From Bacteroidota bacterium (GTDB taxonomy: Bacteria; Bacteroidota; Ignavibacteria; Palsa-1295), in assembly GCA_021825235.1 (NCBI GenBank), contig JAKAIL010000001.1:1-51818 (forward strand): a stretch of DNA of 51,818 bases, given 5' to 3'. The notes under the pieces are model-generated. The model worked only from the letters and a program-made list of their open reading frames with translations, was not told the origin of the DNA and did not search any database. Positions 1-10,094 of this stretch are shown piece after piece (position 1 is the first letter of the stretch; each line of letters opens with the position of its first letter). Position numbers and translations under genes: made by a program.

Positions 1-365
1 GGCCAGACAGCATTTCGCATTCCGCACCCGATTCTGTCCAGATCAATTTCCTCTTGGCGTGCGGGGATTCAACTATTCTCGCCGCGATGGAACACCAGCC
101 GCCCTTCAGCATAACGAGCGTGGTTCCCAATCCGGCTTCGACCGCTCTCGCGGTAACGGGGACCGGGGTCCGGGATCCGGGGTCCGATTTGGAGTTCCAA
201 ATATTCGATGCGCTTGGGAACTGCGTACTCACTCAACACTATCCACTATCCACTCTCCACTTCGAAACCACCCTAAAAGTGAGTGGCCTGCCGAGCGGCA
301 TTTATTTCCTCCGCATAAGTTCCGGCGGCTATGCCCTGAGCCGAAGCGTTTCCATCGAGCGGTAA
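1..365 (+). CDS. 3' part of a T9SS type A sorting-domain (CTD) protein; gene begins before the window
   Basis: Frame is open from position 3 to TAA at 363-365. C-terminus VVPNPAS...IFDALG...LPSGIYFLRI matches the Por secretion CTD pattern. Confidence 0.85.
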   Translation, partial: PDSISHSAPDSVQINFLLACGDSTILAAMEHQPPFSITSVVPNPASTALAVTGTGVRDPGSDLEFQIFDALGNCVLTQHYPLSTLHFETTLKVSGLPSGIYFLRISSGGYALSRSVSIER

Positions 366-706
366 ATGGTTTGCTACTGTTTCGTGGAGTTTGATTAATT
401 ATAATACATAATCGCGTTCATTTAGAACGCGGCGATTCCGTGCTGTTTTGGGCACCTCACGGGAACTCGGTTTTGTTTTAGTAGGCGTGAACGTCCCAAT
501 TTATGCCCAAACTGGATTTTTATGGAAGGGCGAATCAGTTCATGAAGAATTTTCCCAAACACCGACTATATATTCTACTAGAATATGTTTTTGAGAGATA
601 CTCCAAGCAGCACGGAAAGCTTTGCAGCCTATTTTTCCAGAAGCCCCTTTTCTTATGAGCCAACAATAACGAAACCATGAGTTGGTTTTCTCTCGTAGTA
701 TAGCGC

Positions 707-1513
707 ATGACTACAACAATTGCATTACAAAATAAAGAAGGCTACATCACCGGAGTGGCTTCTAATATTGGGGAGCGTACCCGCAAGGGGGCGGTCGCCA
801 TGAAGAAGCGGGCCGGAATGAGCGTTCGGAAAATGGTGGCGATTGTGCTGTTCGCGGTGGGCGCGGTTTTCGCGCTCGGCTCGACTGTTAACCTCGCGCT
901 TGCAAGAGTGCGCAAGGCCAGCAGAATTGCACAGGTCGGCCACTTTCGATTACTTAATATCTATAACGCGATCAAGGCGTCACATCCGGGGTTCATCAAT
1001 GCGATGAACCGAGCGACAACAGGGCTGGCCTCGTGGTACGGTGGAATTTTTCAGGGCCGAAAAACGGCAATGGGAACCACGTATAATATGAATGACATGA
1101 CGGCAGCCCATCGCACGCTCCCGTTGGGAACCTGGGTGCGGGTTACCAACCAGGAGAACGACCGTTCGGTCGTCGTCCAGGTGACAGACCGTGGCCCGTA
1201 TGTTGCCAACCGCATCATGGACCTTTCCTACGCCGCTGCGGAGCAGCTCGGCTACGCCAATGCCGGCACGACGGAAATCTCCATGCAGGTGCTGGGCAAT
1301 AGCCCTGATGCCACGGAAGTTGCGGACAATGGTAGTACAACCTCCCAGCCCGCTGTTATTCCGGCCATGTTCAAGGTCTCGGCGGATTCGTATAACGTGA
1401 ACCTTTCGGGTTCCACCGATTCCACGAGCGATCCGGTTTCGGATGTAATCAACGCGGTCTCGGACTTGGCAGCGGGTTCCCCGGCACAGGCCGCAACCGA
1501 TCTCTTTGCTTAA
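707..1513 (+). CDS. rlpA: Septal ring lytic transglycosylase RlpA family protein (DPBB domain)
   Basis: Motifs GLASWYG, MTAAHRTLPLGTWVRVTN, DRGPY, IMDLSYAAA; N-terminal hydrophobic segment. True start may be downstream (~800). Confidence 0.9.
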   Translation: MTTTIALQNKEGYITGVASNIGERTRKGAVAMKKRAGMSVRKMVAIVLFAVGAVFALGSTVNLALARVRKASRIAQVGHFRLLNIYNAIKASHPGFINAMNRATTGLASWYGGIFQGRKTAMGTTYNMNDMTAAHRTLPLGTWVRVTNQENDRSVVVQVTDRGPYVANRIMDLSYAAAEQLGYANAGTTEISMQVLGNSPDATEVADNGSTTSQPAVIPAMFKVSADSYNVNLSGSTDSTSDPVSDVINAVSDLAAGSPAQAATDLFA

Positions 1514-1560
1514 ACCACAATGACCAAAGCGAGCGGCGGGTAAGAGTCCAAAACGGCTTC

Positions 1561-2274
1561 TTACCCGTTTCTCGCTTTCAATCCGGATGGAAACTGCCAC
1601 ACTTTTGTTTGCTGGTTCAGGAAATAGGGTCCATCCCAGCCCATGTTCGAACGGATGAAATATCCGAGTTCCGGCGATAACCAATAGCGGGTTCCCTGTA
1701 CCCAATTCTGGCCTTGCCACTCGCGGATATCCGTAATAAGCAGTTCAATGCAATGGTAGGTTTTACCCTGCACACTTACCGTATCCCTTCCCGTGACTTG
1801 ATACGTTCGGGTGTGGGGCATATTGTAATTCCGGAGCATCACTATGCCACTATCGTTGGGAAGTTTCTTGCGCATGATTGTTCCGGGCGGAAGACCAAAG
1901 GGAAGTAGATGCCATGCAGAATCCTTCGCTAAATCCCGCACGTATAGATCGCCATGTGGAGCATAGGAAATAAGGGTCGTGTCTTTACTATGGATCGTGT
2001 AAAATGCGACACACCGGGAGCGGCCCAGCGCCCGAAAATTCGAGCGAATGACACGAAGTGTATCATCATTGACCTCGGGATCAGCTTTCGACCGTGGCAC
2101 GAGCGCTCCGGAAGAATCGGTAACATAATAGGTATTGATAATGACCGTTCCCACTACAGGAAGGTGCACTTTTGGCCCCGTTCGAACATTCTGGTTGGCG
2201 GCATAGCCGCTCGAAACTTCGATCGAGAATGCTGTAACCAGAACAGCTATCGAGAGAATGAATTTTTGCATCAT
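1561..2274 (-). CDS. Exported hypothetical protein
   Basis: ORF 1561..2319; the likely start MMQKFILSIAVLVTAF at 2274 gives a signal-peptide-like N-terminus. Confidence 0.7.
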   Translation of the reverse strand: MMQKFILSIAVLVTAFSIEVSSGYAANQNVRTGPKVHLPVVGTVIINTYYVTDSSGALVPRSKADPEVNDDTLRVIRSNFRALGRSRCVAFYTIHSKDTTLISYAPHGDLYVRDLAKDSAWHLLPFGLPPGTIMRKKLPNDSGIVMLRNYNMPHTRTYQVTGRDTVSVQGKTYHCIELLITDIREWQGQNWVQGTRYWLSPELGYFIRSNMGWDGPYFLNQQTKVWQFPSGLKARNG

Positions 2275-2323
2275 AAGGAATAGGAGCAATTCCGGTTCTC
2301 TGTCGAAGGTTCCATTCACCCGA

Positions 2324-4030
2324 TCAATTCTTCAGCTCCCAAACCTCGCAGGGATAGGGCCCCTGAGCAAAATGAGCAACCAGTGTATCCTTTCCCGGCT
2401 GAAGTATCGGTGCATAACCAATGCCATGGAAGCGATCGAAATCGAGCTTGGATTGCAGGAGAACATAGGAACGTGGCCTGCCTCGCATTGCATCCACTAC
2501 GCGTGGAAGCAGCGCAGAATCGGCAAGATACGTGCGGCGAAAATCCGGACGGCCCAGAACGTTCAAGGCATCGAAGACAAACCCACCATCGAAGGTATAT
2601 TGATCGGCAAGCTTCGTTTCATCGGGCTCAGGGGTAAGCGCCCCCGGACCATCGATTCCATAAAGGCTATAGCGGGCCACGGCGAGGAGCGAATGTGGCG
2701 GCAAGTTGTGCGCGATCCAGGCAACGGCGCTATTCGCATCTTCGCGCACGGCGCGGACTTCACTCAGCAACCGTTCCTCCCGCCAAACTCGACGCCAAAC
2801 ACCTGCAAGGACCAAAATTCCAAACAGGACAGCAATCCCATAGGCGGTCCATCGGAACTTCGGCATTTCCGTATATGGAGCAAGGGCCATAGCCAAATCT
2901 TCTCCCCAAATAGACCACGCCCATGCAGATAGAAGGGCCGTCAAGAAAGCAACTTCGGTCAACTGCGTTTTCACGAGTTGAACCGTTACGAGCAAGGCGC
3001 CCATTGCAATCAGGATGCACGCAAGAAATGGCAGTAGTCTTCGAATTATCCTTTGCTCGGTACTATTACGGCCTTGCAGAAAAACAAATATAAAGACCAG
3101 CAGAGGTAACGCAATGAGAACGTTTTGAAAAATCAATAGCGATAGCACAGCCGCAAAAATGGTTAGGAACCAAAACCGGATGCCTTTCGAAAGTCTGGCA
3201 AAACTATCAACGATCGCCCGAAGGAGCACATACACGAATGGTGTAAATAGGAGCAGCCGGGCCATGGGACTGAAATAGAGAGCACTATAGTATTCGACCC
3301 TGTCGCGAATAAAATAACCTGCTCCCGGCGAGGAAAGCGAAAAGAACCGATTGGTGCGCGTCGGCGAAACCAGGGCCACCCAGAGACTTATTCCGAGCAA
3401 AATGGCATAGCTAACAATGGCAGCATTTCGTTTGGCAGAAGAGATACTCTTCCACTTATCGAGCACACTTTTGCGCTCCAATAAAAACGATCCTACGACC
3501 ACCACATGCACCAGTACGAACGCAGGTTCCTTCGAGAGCACTGCGAAAATTCCCAGTACCATCGCGAGATACCATAATCGAGGTCGCGCCTCATAAAGCC
3601 CGCGAAGGCCAAAGTACCAGACCATCGCAGTAAAGGCAAGTTCCAATCCAAACGTAAGGTCGCTATACCAGAAGAAAATATTCAGGATGGGTAGGAACGC
3701 CACAAAATAGAGAGCAATCGTGAGCTCGAGCACGTACCATCGGCCAGCAAGATAGCGGGCGGTAAGTCCCGTAAAAGCAATTCCCGTAAGCAGCGAAACG
3801 TCGAGCGTCAGGTGCCACCAGAAGGGATGGTCCCAGCCGGCCAGATGTGTTAAGGCGAACGCCGTTAAGGAAAAAACCGGACGAAAGCTATTGATCATTT
3901 GCCCCCGGACCGGATCGAAAGCATCCCTAATGGAATGGGTTTTGGCCCAAAGCATGAGCAGCACATCGTCCAGCCGGAATGGCATTCGGTAGCGGGTGGT
4001 GAATAGCACCAAGAGCGCCACTCCGGCCAT
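2324..4030 (-). CDS. Polytopic membrane protein, possibly a GT-C-type glycosyltransferase
   Basis: 568 aa with many TM segments; DD after TM1 (RLDD), FRPV and LSKE motifs typical of GT-C/ArnT-like proteins. Confidence 0.6.
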   Translation of the reverse strand: MAGVALLVLFTTRYRMPFRLDDVLLMLWAKTHSIRDAFDPVRGQMINSFRPVFSLTAFALTHLAGWDHPFWWHLTLDVSLLTGIAFTGLTARYLAGRWYVLELTIALYFVAFLPILNIFFWYSDLTFGLELAFTAMVWYFGLRGLYEARPRLWYLAMVLGIFAVLSKEPAFVLVHVVVVGSFLLERKSVLDKWKSISSAKRNAAIVSYAILLGISLWVALVSPTRTNRFFSLSSPGAGYFIRDRVEYYSALYFSPMARLLLFTPFVYVLLRAIVDSFARLSKGIRFWFLTIFAAVLSLLIFQNVLIALPLLVFIFVFLQGRNSTEQRIIRRLLPFLACILIAMGALLVTVQLVKTQLTEVAFLTALLSAWAWSIWGEDLAMALAPYTEMPKFRWTAYGIAVLFGILVLAGVWRRVWREERLLSEVRAVREDANSAVAWIAHNLPPHSLLAVARYSLYGIDGPGALTPEPDETKLADQYTFDGGFVFDALNVLGRPDFRRTYLADSALLPRVVDAMRGRPRSYVLLQSKLDFDRFHGIGYAPILQPGKDTLVAHFAQGPYPCEVWELKN

Positions 4031-4180
4031 TAGAAAAGCTATGTCGAGTTTTCGTTTCAGACGAGAATCACTAATGAGTTCGCACTAAGGAACAGTCGAA
4101 GCTAATTTTCGTTTAACAAATCAGGCACTGAGAAAAATTTGGGAGCATCATTGCTAACTTATCGTTCATCATTGCCTAAT

Positions 4181-4616
4181 GGGGATGCATTGGCTTCGAC
4201 GGGAAATGCTCAGTCGTTGCGGTGCGCGCCGGGTGAGGCCGCAAACATCCGTTGGATGAGCAATCATCCGAAAATACTTGTGGCAAACATAATTGCGAAC
4301 TCTTATAGCTACGCAATGGCTGCCTAAGCTCCTTTAGAGTAATCTGAAGTTGATGCTGCTATTCCATCGAACGATGGGAGGGCGCCCATCTCTTTAGGCT
4401 TATAGATTGGACGGGTCTATCGCAGAGGTGCCGAAAATGTCTAGTCTCTTCTGGCACGAGCGCCATTCGCTTGCCGGAAGTATTCAGGAATGGCGGTGTT
4501 TTTCGATCGGTGGCTTCCTGCTATGATGGAAAGACACGCTAACAACTCAGGAAGCTACGCGCGTAGTACCCATCGGTGGTATTTTTCGGACAGGGGTTCG
4601 ACTCCCCTCATCTCCA
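4181..4616 (+). ncRNA. ssrA: tmRNA; tag peptide ANSYSYAMAA* at 4295..4327
   Basis: 5' GGGGATG pairs with CATCTCC-A at the 3' end. 5' TGGCTTCGAC, T-arm AGGGGTTCGACTCCCCT, pk1, and a tag ending YAMAA after ATAATT. Confidence 0.97.
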
Positions 4617-4637
4617 CTTTAGGTCTGATTAAACCAT

Positions 4638-4669
4638 CTAAGGACAAATTCAGAACTTCTTGTCCTTAG
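4638..4669. terminator. Hairpin between convergent ssrA and PfpI gene, possible terminator
   Basis: 10-bp stem CTAAGGACAA / TTGTCCTTAG; no strong U-tract. Confidence 0.45.
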
Positions 4670-4697
4670 GGCCTTTAGCATAGCATACCTCATCACC

Positions 4698-5258
4698 TTA
4701 TGCATGCGCAGGTACATGCTCGGCGAAGAGCTTGAGCATTTCTCGATTGAAGGCCGGAATATCGGATGGCTGGCGCGAGGAGACCCAATTGCTGTCCCGA
4801 ATTACTTCCACATCTTCATAATGCGCACCAGAATTGATTATATCGTCCGTAATCGTGTGGTAACCGGTGAAATGCCGGTTGCGAGCCAACCTCGCAGAAA
4901 TGATAATCCATGGCGCGTGACAAATAAAGGCAATCGGCTTTTCCTCGCGGTCCATTTGGCGGACGAAATCGAGTGCTTTCTTCTCAACACGCAGTCGATC
5001 GGCATTGAGCGCGCCTCCCGGCAGCATCAGCGCATCGAAATGATCTGGATTTGCATCTTCCAGCGCCATGTCAACAATGTATGTTTCGCTTGGTTTATCA
5101 TGCTGAATCGCTCGAATACGGCCTTTGTTCGGAGCGATTAGTACGGTCTGCGCTCCTGCGTGATCGAGCGCCTTACGCGGCTCGGTCATCTCTTTTTCTT
5201 CAAAATTATCGGTCGCAATAATTGCGACTTTCATACCCTCAAGTTCGTTATGTGGCAT
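4698..5258 (-). CDS. PfpI/DJ-1 family type 1 glutamine amidotransferase-like protein
   Basis: KVAIIATDNFEEKE, DALMLPGGALNAD, ICHAPW nucleophile elbow, SSRQPSDIPAFN; start chosen at MPHNEL. Confidence 0.92.
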   Translation of the reverse strand: MPHNELEGMKVAIIATDNFEEKEMTEPRKALDHAGAQTVLIAPNKGRIRAIQHDKPSETYIVDMALEDANPDHFDALMLPGGALNADRLRVEKKALDFVRQMDREEKPIAFICHAPWIIISARLARNRHFTGYHTITDDIINSGAHYEDVEVIRDSNWVSSRQPSDIPAFNREMLKLFAEHVPAHA

Positions 5259-5336
5259 CTTTCCCCCGTTTTTTTTGCCGCTCAAGCGAGCAAATCGCGG
5301 GCCGCAGGCCATCTCTTCCGTATTTTTGCATACTTG

Positions 5337-7094
5337 ATGACTAATCGCCTACTCAATCTCGTCTGGGGACTATTTCTTTTCCTTTTGATTCTATACGTTT
5401 TTCCTACCCGCTCGTCTGCGCAAACGGACGATCAGGTCCATGCTACCGGCTCGAATCTGCTGCGGGCCGGGGCTGGCTCCACGACCGATCCGCAAGGTAA
5501 CGAAAGCGATAAACGCTATTTAGAAGAGATTGCGGACCTTCGACTTTTCTATCAATATCTCTCCGTTGGGCTTCGTTATGAAATGGACGACCCGAGCGAA
5601 GTGGGCCGCTCCTATACCGACCGAAATTTCCGTCGCCGGTGGATCACATACAATAAGGACCAAGCCAATCTGACGGCGGGCGATTTTCCCGCACTGTTTG
5701 GGCGCGGACTCGCGGTGAACCTTTTCGAATCGCGCCCGCTGAATTACGATTCCTGGCTCGATGGCTTTTATGGCAAGACCGGCTATGATATTCCAAAGCA
5801 GTGGACTGATCTCAACGCTTCCGTTAGCGTTAAGGCATTGGCAGGCCTGGAGGACTTCTATCCCATCGATACCACGTTGCCAGTAATGCATATTTCCGCA
5901 CGAGCAGCGAATGGCGAGTTTGGCCTCTTCGATAAACGAGTTACGGTAGGAGCAAGCTTCCTCCAGGCTTTTACCGGAACGTCACAACCCGGGCCGTTCA
6001 ATTCTACCTTCGTCACCAGCCGCGAAGTTAACCAACCGGACGTATATGCAGACATCAATTCCGGCGATTTCGAGGCCTATGGCGAGTGGACGCAGGACCG
6101 CACGCATGTAAACCAGTTGCTCAGCACCAATGTCGATACCAACCATACCGGCAATGCGTTTTACATGGCGCTCAGCTACTCGAATTCGTTCCTGGGCCTC
6201 ACCTTCGATTACAAGAACTATAGCTATTTCCTGCATGCGCCCGGTGACGCATACACCAATGTTTTTAGCAAGCTCCCTATTTCCAGTCCGCCGGAAGTGT
6301 ATAAAGATTTCACCTTTACGTCTATTACACGGACAACGCACTCGGTCAATTTCGATGATGAAGTGGGCTATCAGCTCGAAGCCAATATTACCGCGATTCC
6401 AGAGTGGGTCATCGACCTGGATGCTGCCGCTTCGAGTTCCCACGACAAATATAACGTGGCCGGGTTAGCAGTGGATAGTACCGGCCTATTGCCGCGAATC
6501 ACCGATCAGGGATTCTACCCATTCTGGGAAGCCTACGCGGAAGCCGAATGGGATTTCGATCCGAATAACGAGGAAAATTTCGTGAAATTTGCAATTCACC
6601 GTCGCAGTGATGTGATTACCTATAATCCCGCTTCCCCCTCCGCTACGGATTACCGCTATGCAACCACGGTCGCGGCGAAGTTCCAATATGAAACGCGGCC
6701 AAACCAAAGCTTTCTGGGAATCATCGAGCACCAATGGGCTTACGACGCCTCGCTCATCACAAAGGATAAACGTCGGCTGAACGAACTCGTCACGCTCCAA
6801 TACTCGTTCGATCCGGTCATTACCTTCGGCGTAATCTTCGATTATGGGCTTTATTACGATAATCGGCCCATCACTATTGACAATGACCTTTTCAGCGGTT
6901 GGAACCTGCATCTTTGGGGCAATGCGGAGATTGGGCACATGCCCGAATTCTTTACCTCGCTACGCATGGGCCAATCCCACTGGCTACTCTTGCAATACGG
7001 CGCGGAACGCGGCGGACTCAATTGCACCGGCGGAATTTGCCGAGTCGTACCGCCGTTCAATGGGCTGAGAGTCACATTAACGAGTCAAATATGA
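5337..7094 (+). CDS. DUF6029-family outer-membrane protein
   Basis: Signal peptide from M at 5337; FGRGLAVN motif; C-terminal ERGGLNCTGGICRVVPPFNG; adjacent to an Omp28-like gene as commonly seen in Bacteroidota. Confidence 0.8.
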   Translation: MTNRLLNLVWGLFLFLLILYVFPTRSSAQTDDQVHATGSNLLRAGAGSTTDPQGNESDKRYLEEIADLRLFYQYLSVGLRYEMDDPSEVGRSYTDRNFRRRWITYNKDQANLTAGDFPALFGRGLAVNLFESRPLNYDSWLDGFYGKTGYDIPKQWTDLNASVSVKALAGLEDFYPIDTTLPVMHISARAANGEFGLFDKRVTVGASFLQAFTGTSQPGPFNSTFVTSREVNQPDVYADINSGDFEAYGEWTQDRTHVNQLLSTNVDTNHTGNAFYMALSYSNSFLGLTFDYKNYSYFLHAPGDAYTNVFSKLPISSPPEVYKDFTFTSITRTTHSVNFDDEVGYQLEANITAIPEWVIDLDAAASSSHDKYNVAGLAVDSTGLLPRITDQGFYPFWEAYAEAEWDFDPNNEENFVKFAIHRRSDVITYNPASPSATDYRYATTVAAKFQYETRPNQSFLGIIEHQWAYDASLITKDKRRLNELVTLQYSFDPVITFGVIFDYGLYYDNRPITIDNDLFSGWNLHLWGNAEIGHMPEFFTSLRMGQSHWLLLQYGAERGGLNCTGGICRVVPPFNGLRVTLTSQI

Positions 7095-7214
7095 TAAGGC
7101 GCATACGCAATGACTCTTTTCCTTCAGCTCCTTTCCATTTCGGATGGAAGTTCTGAAATTGCACCAGGAGCTACATCGTGAATCAACTCGCAACTATTTT
7201 TTAGATCTATTACA

Positions 7215-8207
7215 ATGTTTGGCTTCACTTTTTGGATACTTGCAGAACTGTTTTCGAATGTTAATTGCGGGAATTGCCCCGTTCCCGATAACATGTACGA
7301 AAATTATGTAAACAGCCACTCTAATGTGGCTGTGATAAATTACCATAATTCCACCACGGATCCGCAGGACCCTTTTTATTTAGCCAGTCTTCCCGCTTCA
7401 CAGCAACGCGATGTATTTTATGGTGGAAGCGGCGGGCTGAGTGATCCCACAGCCTACATCGATGGTGTTTTCGCTGGCTCGACAGAAGGAACGTGGGAAA
7501 CCTATTCCAATGCAGCAGTGGGGAAAGCTATCCCGATCACACCTATCGTTAGTCACGGGCCGGCCGGAATTGATACGATAACCTTTAGCGTCACGGGTGC
7601 GTCCCCCATACAGGTAAATGCTTATGTCGCGATTACGGAGTCCCAGATTTATTTTGGCAATAACAAGAGCTATGGCAATCCACCCGATAGCCTTTGGAAT
7701 AATATTTTTCGCACGATGCTGATACCCGCGGGTGGAACGAATTTCAACCTTAATGGCACCAACACGTTCAGCGTCATCTACGATTCTTCCGCTCAGCGCT
7801 TTGCTGGGAACCTGCAGAATATGCAGGCCGTCGTATTCGTGCAGGATGTCAGTCCTACCACACCGAGCAATAATAATTCTCATCAGGTAGAGGCGATCGG
7901 TGTAGTTTCGCTTGGTTCGCCGAGCGCCGTCACAGCACAAAACGCTTCCGCAACAAGGCTAATCATTCCGGACAATCCGCTTTCACCTCAGGGCGAGTTC
8001 CGACTTGAACTTGCTTCTCCGGGCCATGTGCAAGTCACCGTGTACGATATGCTGGGCCGCAAGATCCGTACGCTGGTGGACGGCACCATGCCTGCCGGTG
8101 AAACCACCGTGGACATGAACGGCACCACGCTCCCCTCCGGCGCCTATCTCGCCCAGCTTTCGGTGGATGGCTTGGTCGTGGACCAGCAGAAGTTTGTGTC
8201 GCCGTAG
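7215..8207 (+). CDS. Omp28-related thioredoxin-fold protein with T9SS CTD
   Basis: ELFSNVNCGNCP (CxxC), INYH, PTAYIDG, AVVFVQD; C-terminal VYDMLGRKI...LPSGAYL CTD. Confidence 0.8.
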   Translation: MFGFTFWILAELFSNVNCGNCPVPDNMYENYVNSHSNVAVINYHNSTTDPQDPFYLASLPASQQRDVFYGGSGGLSDPTAYIDGVFAGSTEGTWETYSNAAVGKAIPITPIVSHGPAGIDTITFSVTGASPIQVNAYVAITESQIYFGNNKSYGNPPDSLWNNIFRTMLIPAGGTNFNLNGTNTFSVIYDSSAQRFAGNLQNMQAVVFVQDVSPTTPSNNNSHQVEAIGVVSLGSPSAVTAQNASATRLIIPDNPLSPQGEFRLELASPGHVQVTVYDMLGRKIRTLVDGTMPAGETTVDMNGTTLPSGAYLAQLSVDGLVVDQQKFVSP

Positions 8208-8235
8208 CGGGGAGGTGGCATGGCGCAGGCAATCC

Positions 8236-8314
8236 GGGACAAGAAGGACTTCAAGGACTAAAAGGAAAGCTCACGAAGCCGTAGCCCTTGTGTCCGCAGA
8301 GTCGCTTAGATCCC
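8236..8314. repeat. Intergenic 9-nt periodic repeat (GGAC units, then loosely inverted GTCC-like units)
   Basis: gggac-aaga-aggac-ttca-aggac-taaa-agga, then gtcc/gtcg/atcc at 9-nt spacing; a similar tract lies at ~20473-20496. Confidence 0.5.
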
Positions 8315-8384
8315 ATGCGGCGAGCGTCAGCTTCATCTTCTGAGATTACCCGAGCCACCCGCGATTCCGCCGTAATTTTGTAGA

Positions 8385-9255
8385 ATGTTCATCTCGGAGT
8401 TTCTCGCCGCATTGGAAAAAGAAGTGCCTCTTGCGGCTGCTGGCTACGCCCGCGATGCCATTGGCTTGCAGGTGGGACTCGCGAAAGCGACCAAGCTTAA
8501 CGCAGCGCTTTTCGCTTATGAAGTGACGCGCGACATAATTGCGGAGGCGAAGCAACGCAAAGCGAATCTTATCATTGCATTTCATCCTCTGATTTTTCCT
8601 ACTATTGACGGCGTAACCGATGAAACGCGAACGGGCACGCTTATTCACGAATTGGTCAAAAGCGATATTGCGCTCTATATTCTGCACACAGCATTCGATA
8701 CCCACGCGGAATTTGGAACGAGCCGACTGATGGCCGAGGCATTGAAGCTCGAAAACATACGAACGCTCTCCGAGAACCCACTCGCCCGACTCAAAACCGG
8801 CTTCCCCGATGGAACTGGCATGGGAGCACTCGGCTCGTGGTCCAAGGCAAAATCATGGCGGGAGGTACTTGCACTTACGGCGAAAACTTTTCGCACGGAT
8901 ACCGTCCGGCATAATGAGAAAACACCTGAAAAAATAAAACACGTTGCACTCCTCGGTGGCGCCGGAATGGAGTTCTACGATGACGCCGTTTCGGTGGGCG
9001 CCGATGCATTTATTTACAGCCGATGTTCGCTACCATGACTTTTACCGTGCCGACCATGACCATATTCTTCTTATCGATGCCGGACACGCGGAGACAGAAA
9101 GATTTGTTACTCAGGGGATGCTCCGTGCCGCGCGGAAGGCACTGGGGATGAATCAGAACGCTCGGAATACCGTAGCATCGGCTGAAAAACTCCTTCTGCT
9201 TGCGCACACGGAGCCCAATGCCGTCCGATATTTCAACTCCGGACCAATGCGGTAA
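8385..9255 (+). CDS. Nif3-like dinuclear metal-centre protein, split by a +1 frameshift near 9013-9015
   Basis: DAIGLQVG, FHPLIF and HTAFD in the first ORF; TADVRYH and IDAGHAETE in the second frame. Removing one T gives ADAFITADVRYH. Confidence 0.85.
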
Positions 9256-9302
9256 ACTCCCTTAGCGATACGGAATAGCAAGATTTTATAACCGATAACG
9301 AC

Positions 9303-10094
9303 GTGAACGACTCTCTCTTACATTTATACGAACTTCAGAAAGTGGACCGCCAACTCGACGATTTAGTCGAAAGCCGAGGCGAATTACCCGACCGCGTAAA
9401 TGAAATGCGCGCGCAGGTACAGGATCAGCGGCAGCAAGTCGAACAAATTCGCAGGGACGTCCATGAAGTAGAATCCAATTCGAAAAAGCTTACTGGTGAC
9501 ATTGTAGAACTCCGCGAAAAAGTCGATCGGTATAAGGCGCAGCAATTCGATGTGAAGACGACGCGCGAATACGATGCGATCACCTTCCAGCTCGAAGATG
9601 CTCAGCGCCGGCTGCATACCAATATGGAGGCGGTTTCACGCATGGGCATCGAGCTCGAACAGTTGAAAATGGACGAGCAACAAATGTCGCAGGACCTGTC
9701 CGATATGGAAACGGAGCTCGGTGAAGCAGAGACCGCGCTATCGGAAGTTCTCGCCAACACGGAAGAGCAAGAGAAAGAATTACTCAAACGCCGGGAAGAA
9801 CTCGCCAGCCATGTACAGCCCTTCCACATGACGATCTATAACCGCGTGCGGCCGGCCAAAGGTGGTATAGCGGTCGTCTCCATCAAGAATGGCGTGTGCG
9901 GCGGGTGCTTCAATGCGGTCCCGCGCCAACTGGTTCTTGAATTGCGTAAGGGCGATAAACACGCAGTGTGCGAATACTGCGGCCGTATTATTGTTGGTGA
10001 ACCTATTGCAATCGCCGTCGATGGCGAACCCGAACCGGTAACGTACGATGTAGAAAGCGAAGAGTTCGAATCCGGCGAAGAGAATGAAGAGTAG
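9303..10094 (+). CDS. C4-type zinc-ribbon coiled-coil protein (DUF164/CT398-like)
   Basis: LYELQKVD N-terminus, long coiled coil, CGGC...CEYCGRI; usual partner downstream of nif3. Confidence 0.9.
   Translation: MNDSLLHLYELQKVDRQLDDLVESRGELPDRVNEMRAQVQDQRQQVEQIRRDVHEVESNSKKLTGDIVELREKVDRYKAQQFDVKTTREYDAITFQLEDAQRRLHTNMEAVSRMGIELEQLKMDEQQMSQDLSDMETELGEAETALSEVLANTEEQEKELLKRREELASHVQPFHMTIYNRVRPAKGGIAVVSIKNGVCGGCFNAVPRQLVLELRKGDKHAVCEYCGRIIVGEPIAIAVDGEPEPVTYDVESEEFESGEENEE

Noticed and set aside
4139..4327. 62-aa ORF ending ANSYSYAMAA
   Set aside because: It is the tmRNA tag reading frame extended upstream, not a protein gene.
4600..4700. Possible integrated element at the tmRNA 3' end
   Set aside because: No integrase follows, and no duplicate of the ssrA 3' end was seen in the window.
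5160..5336. Long overlap between the PfpI and DUF6029 ORFs
   Set aside because: Artefact of maximal ORF calling; plausible starts at 5258 (-) and 5337 (+) remove the overlap.
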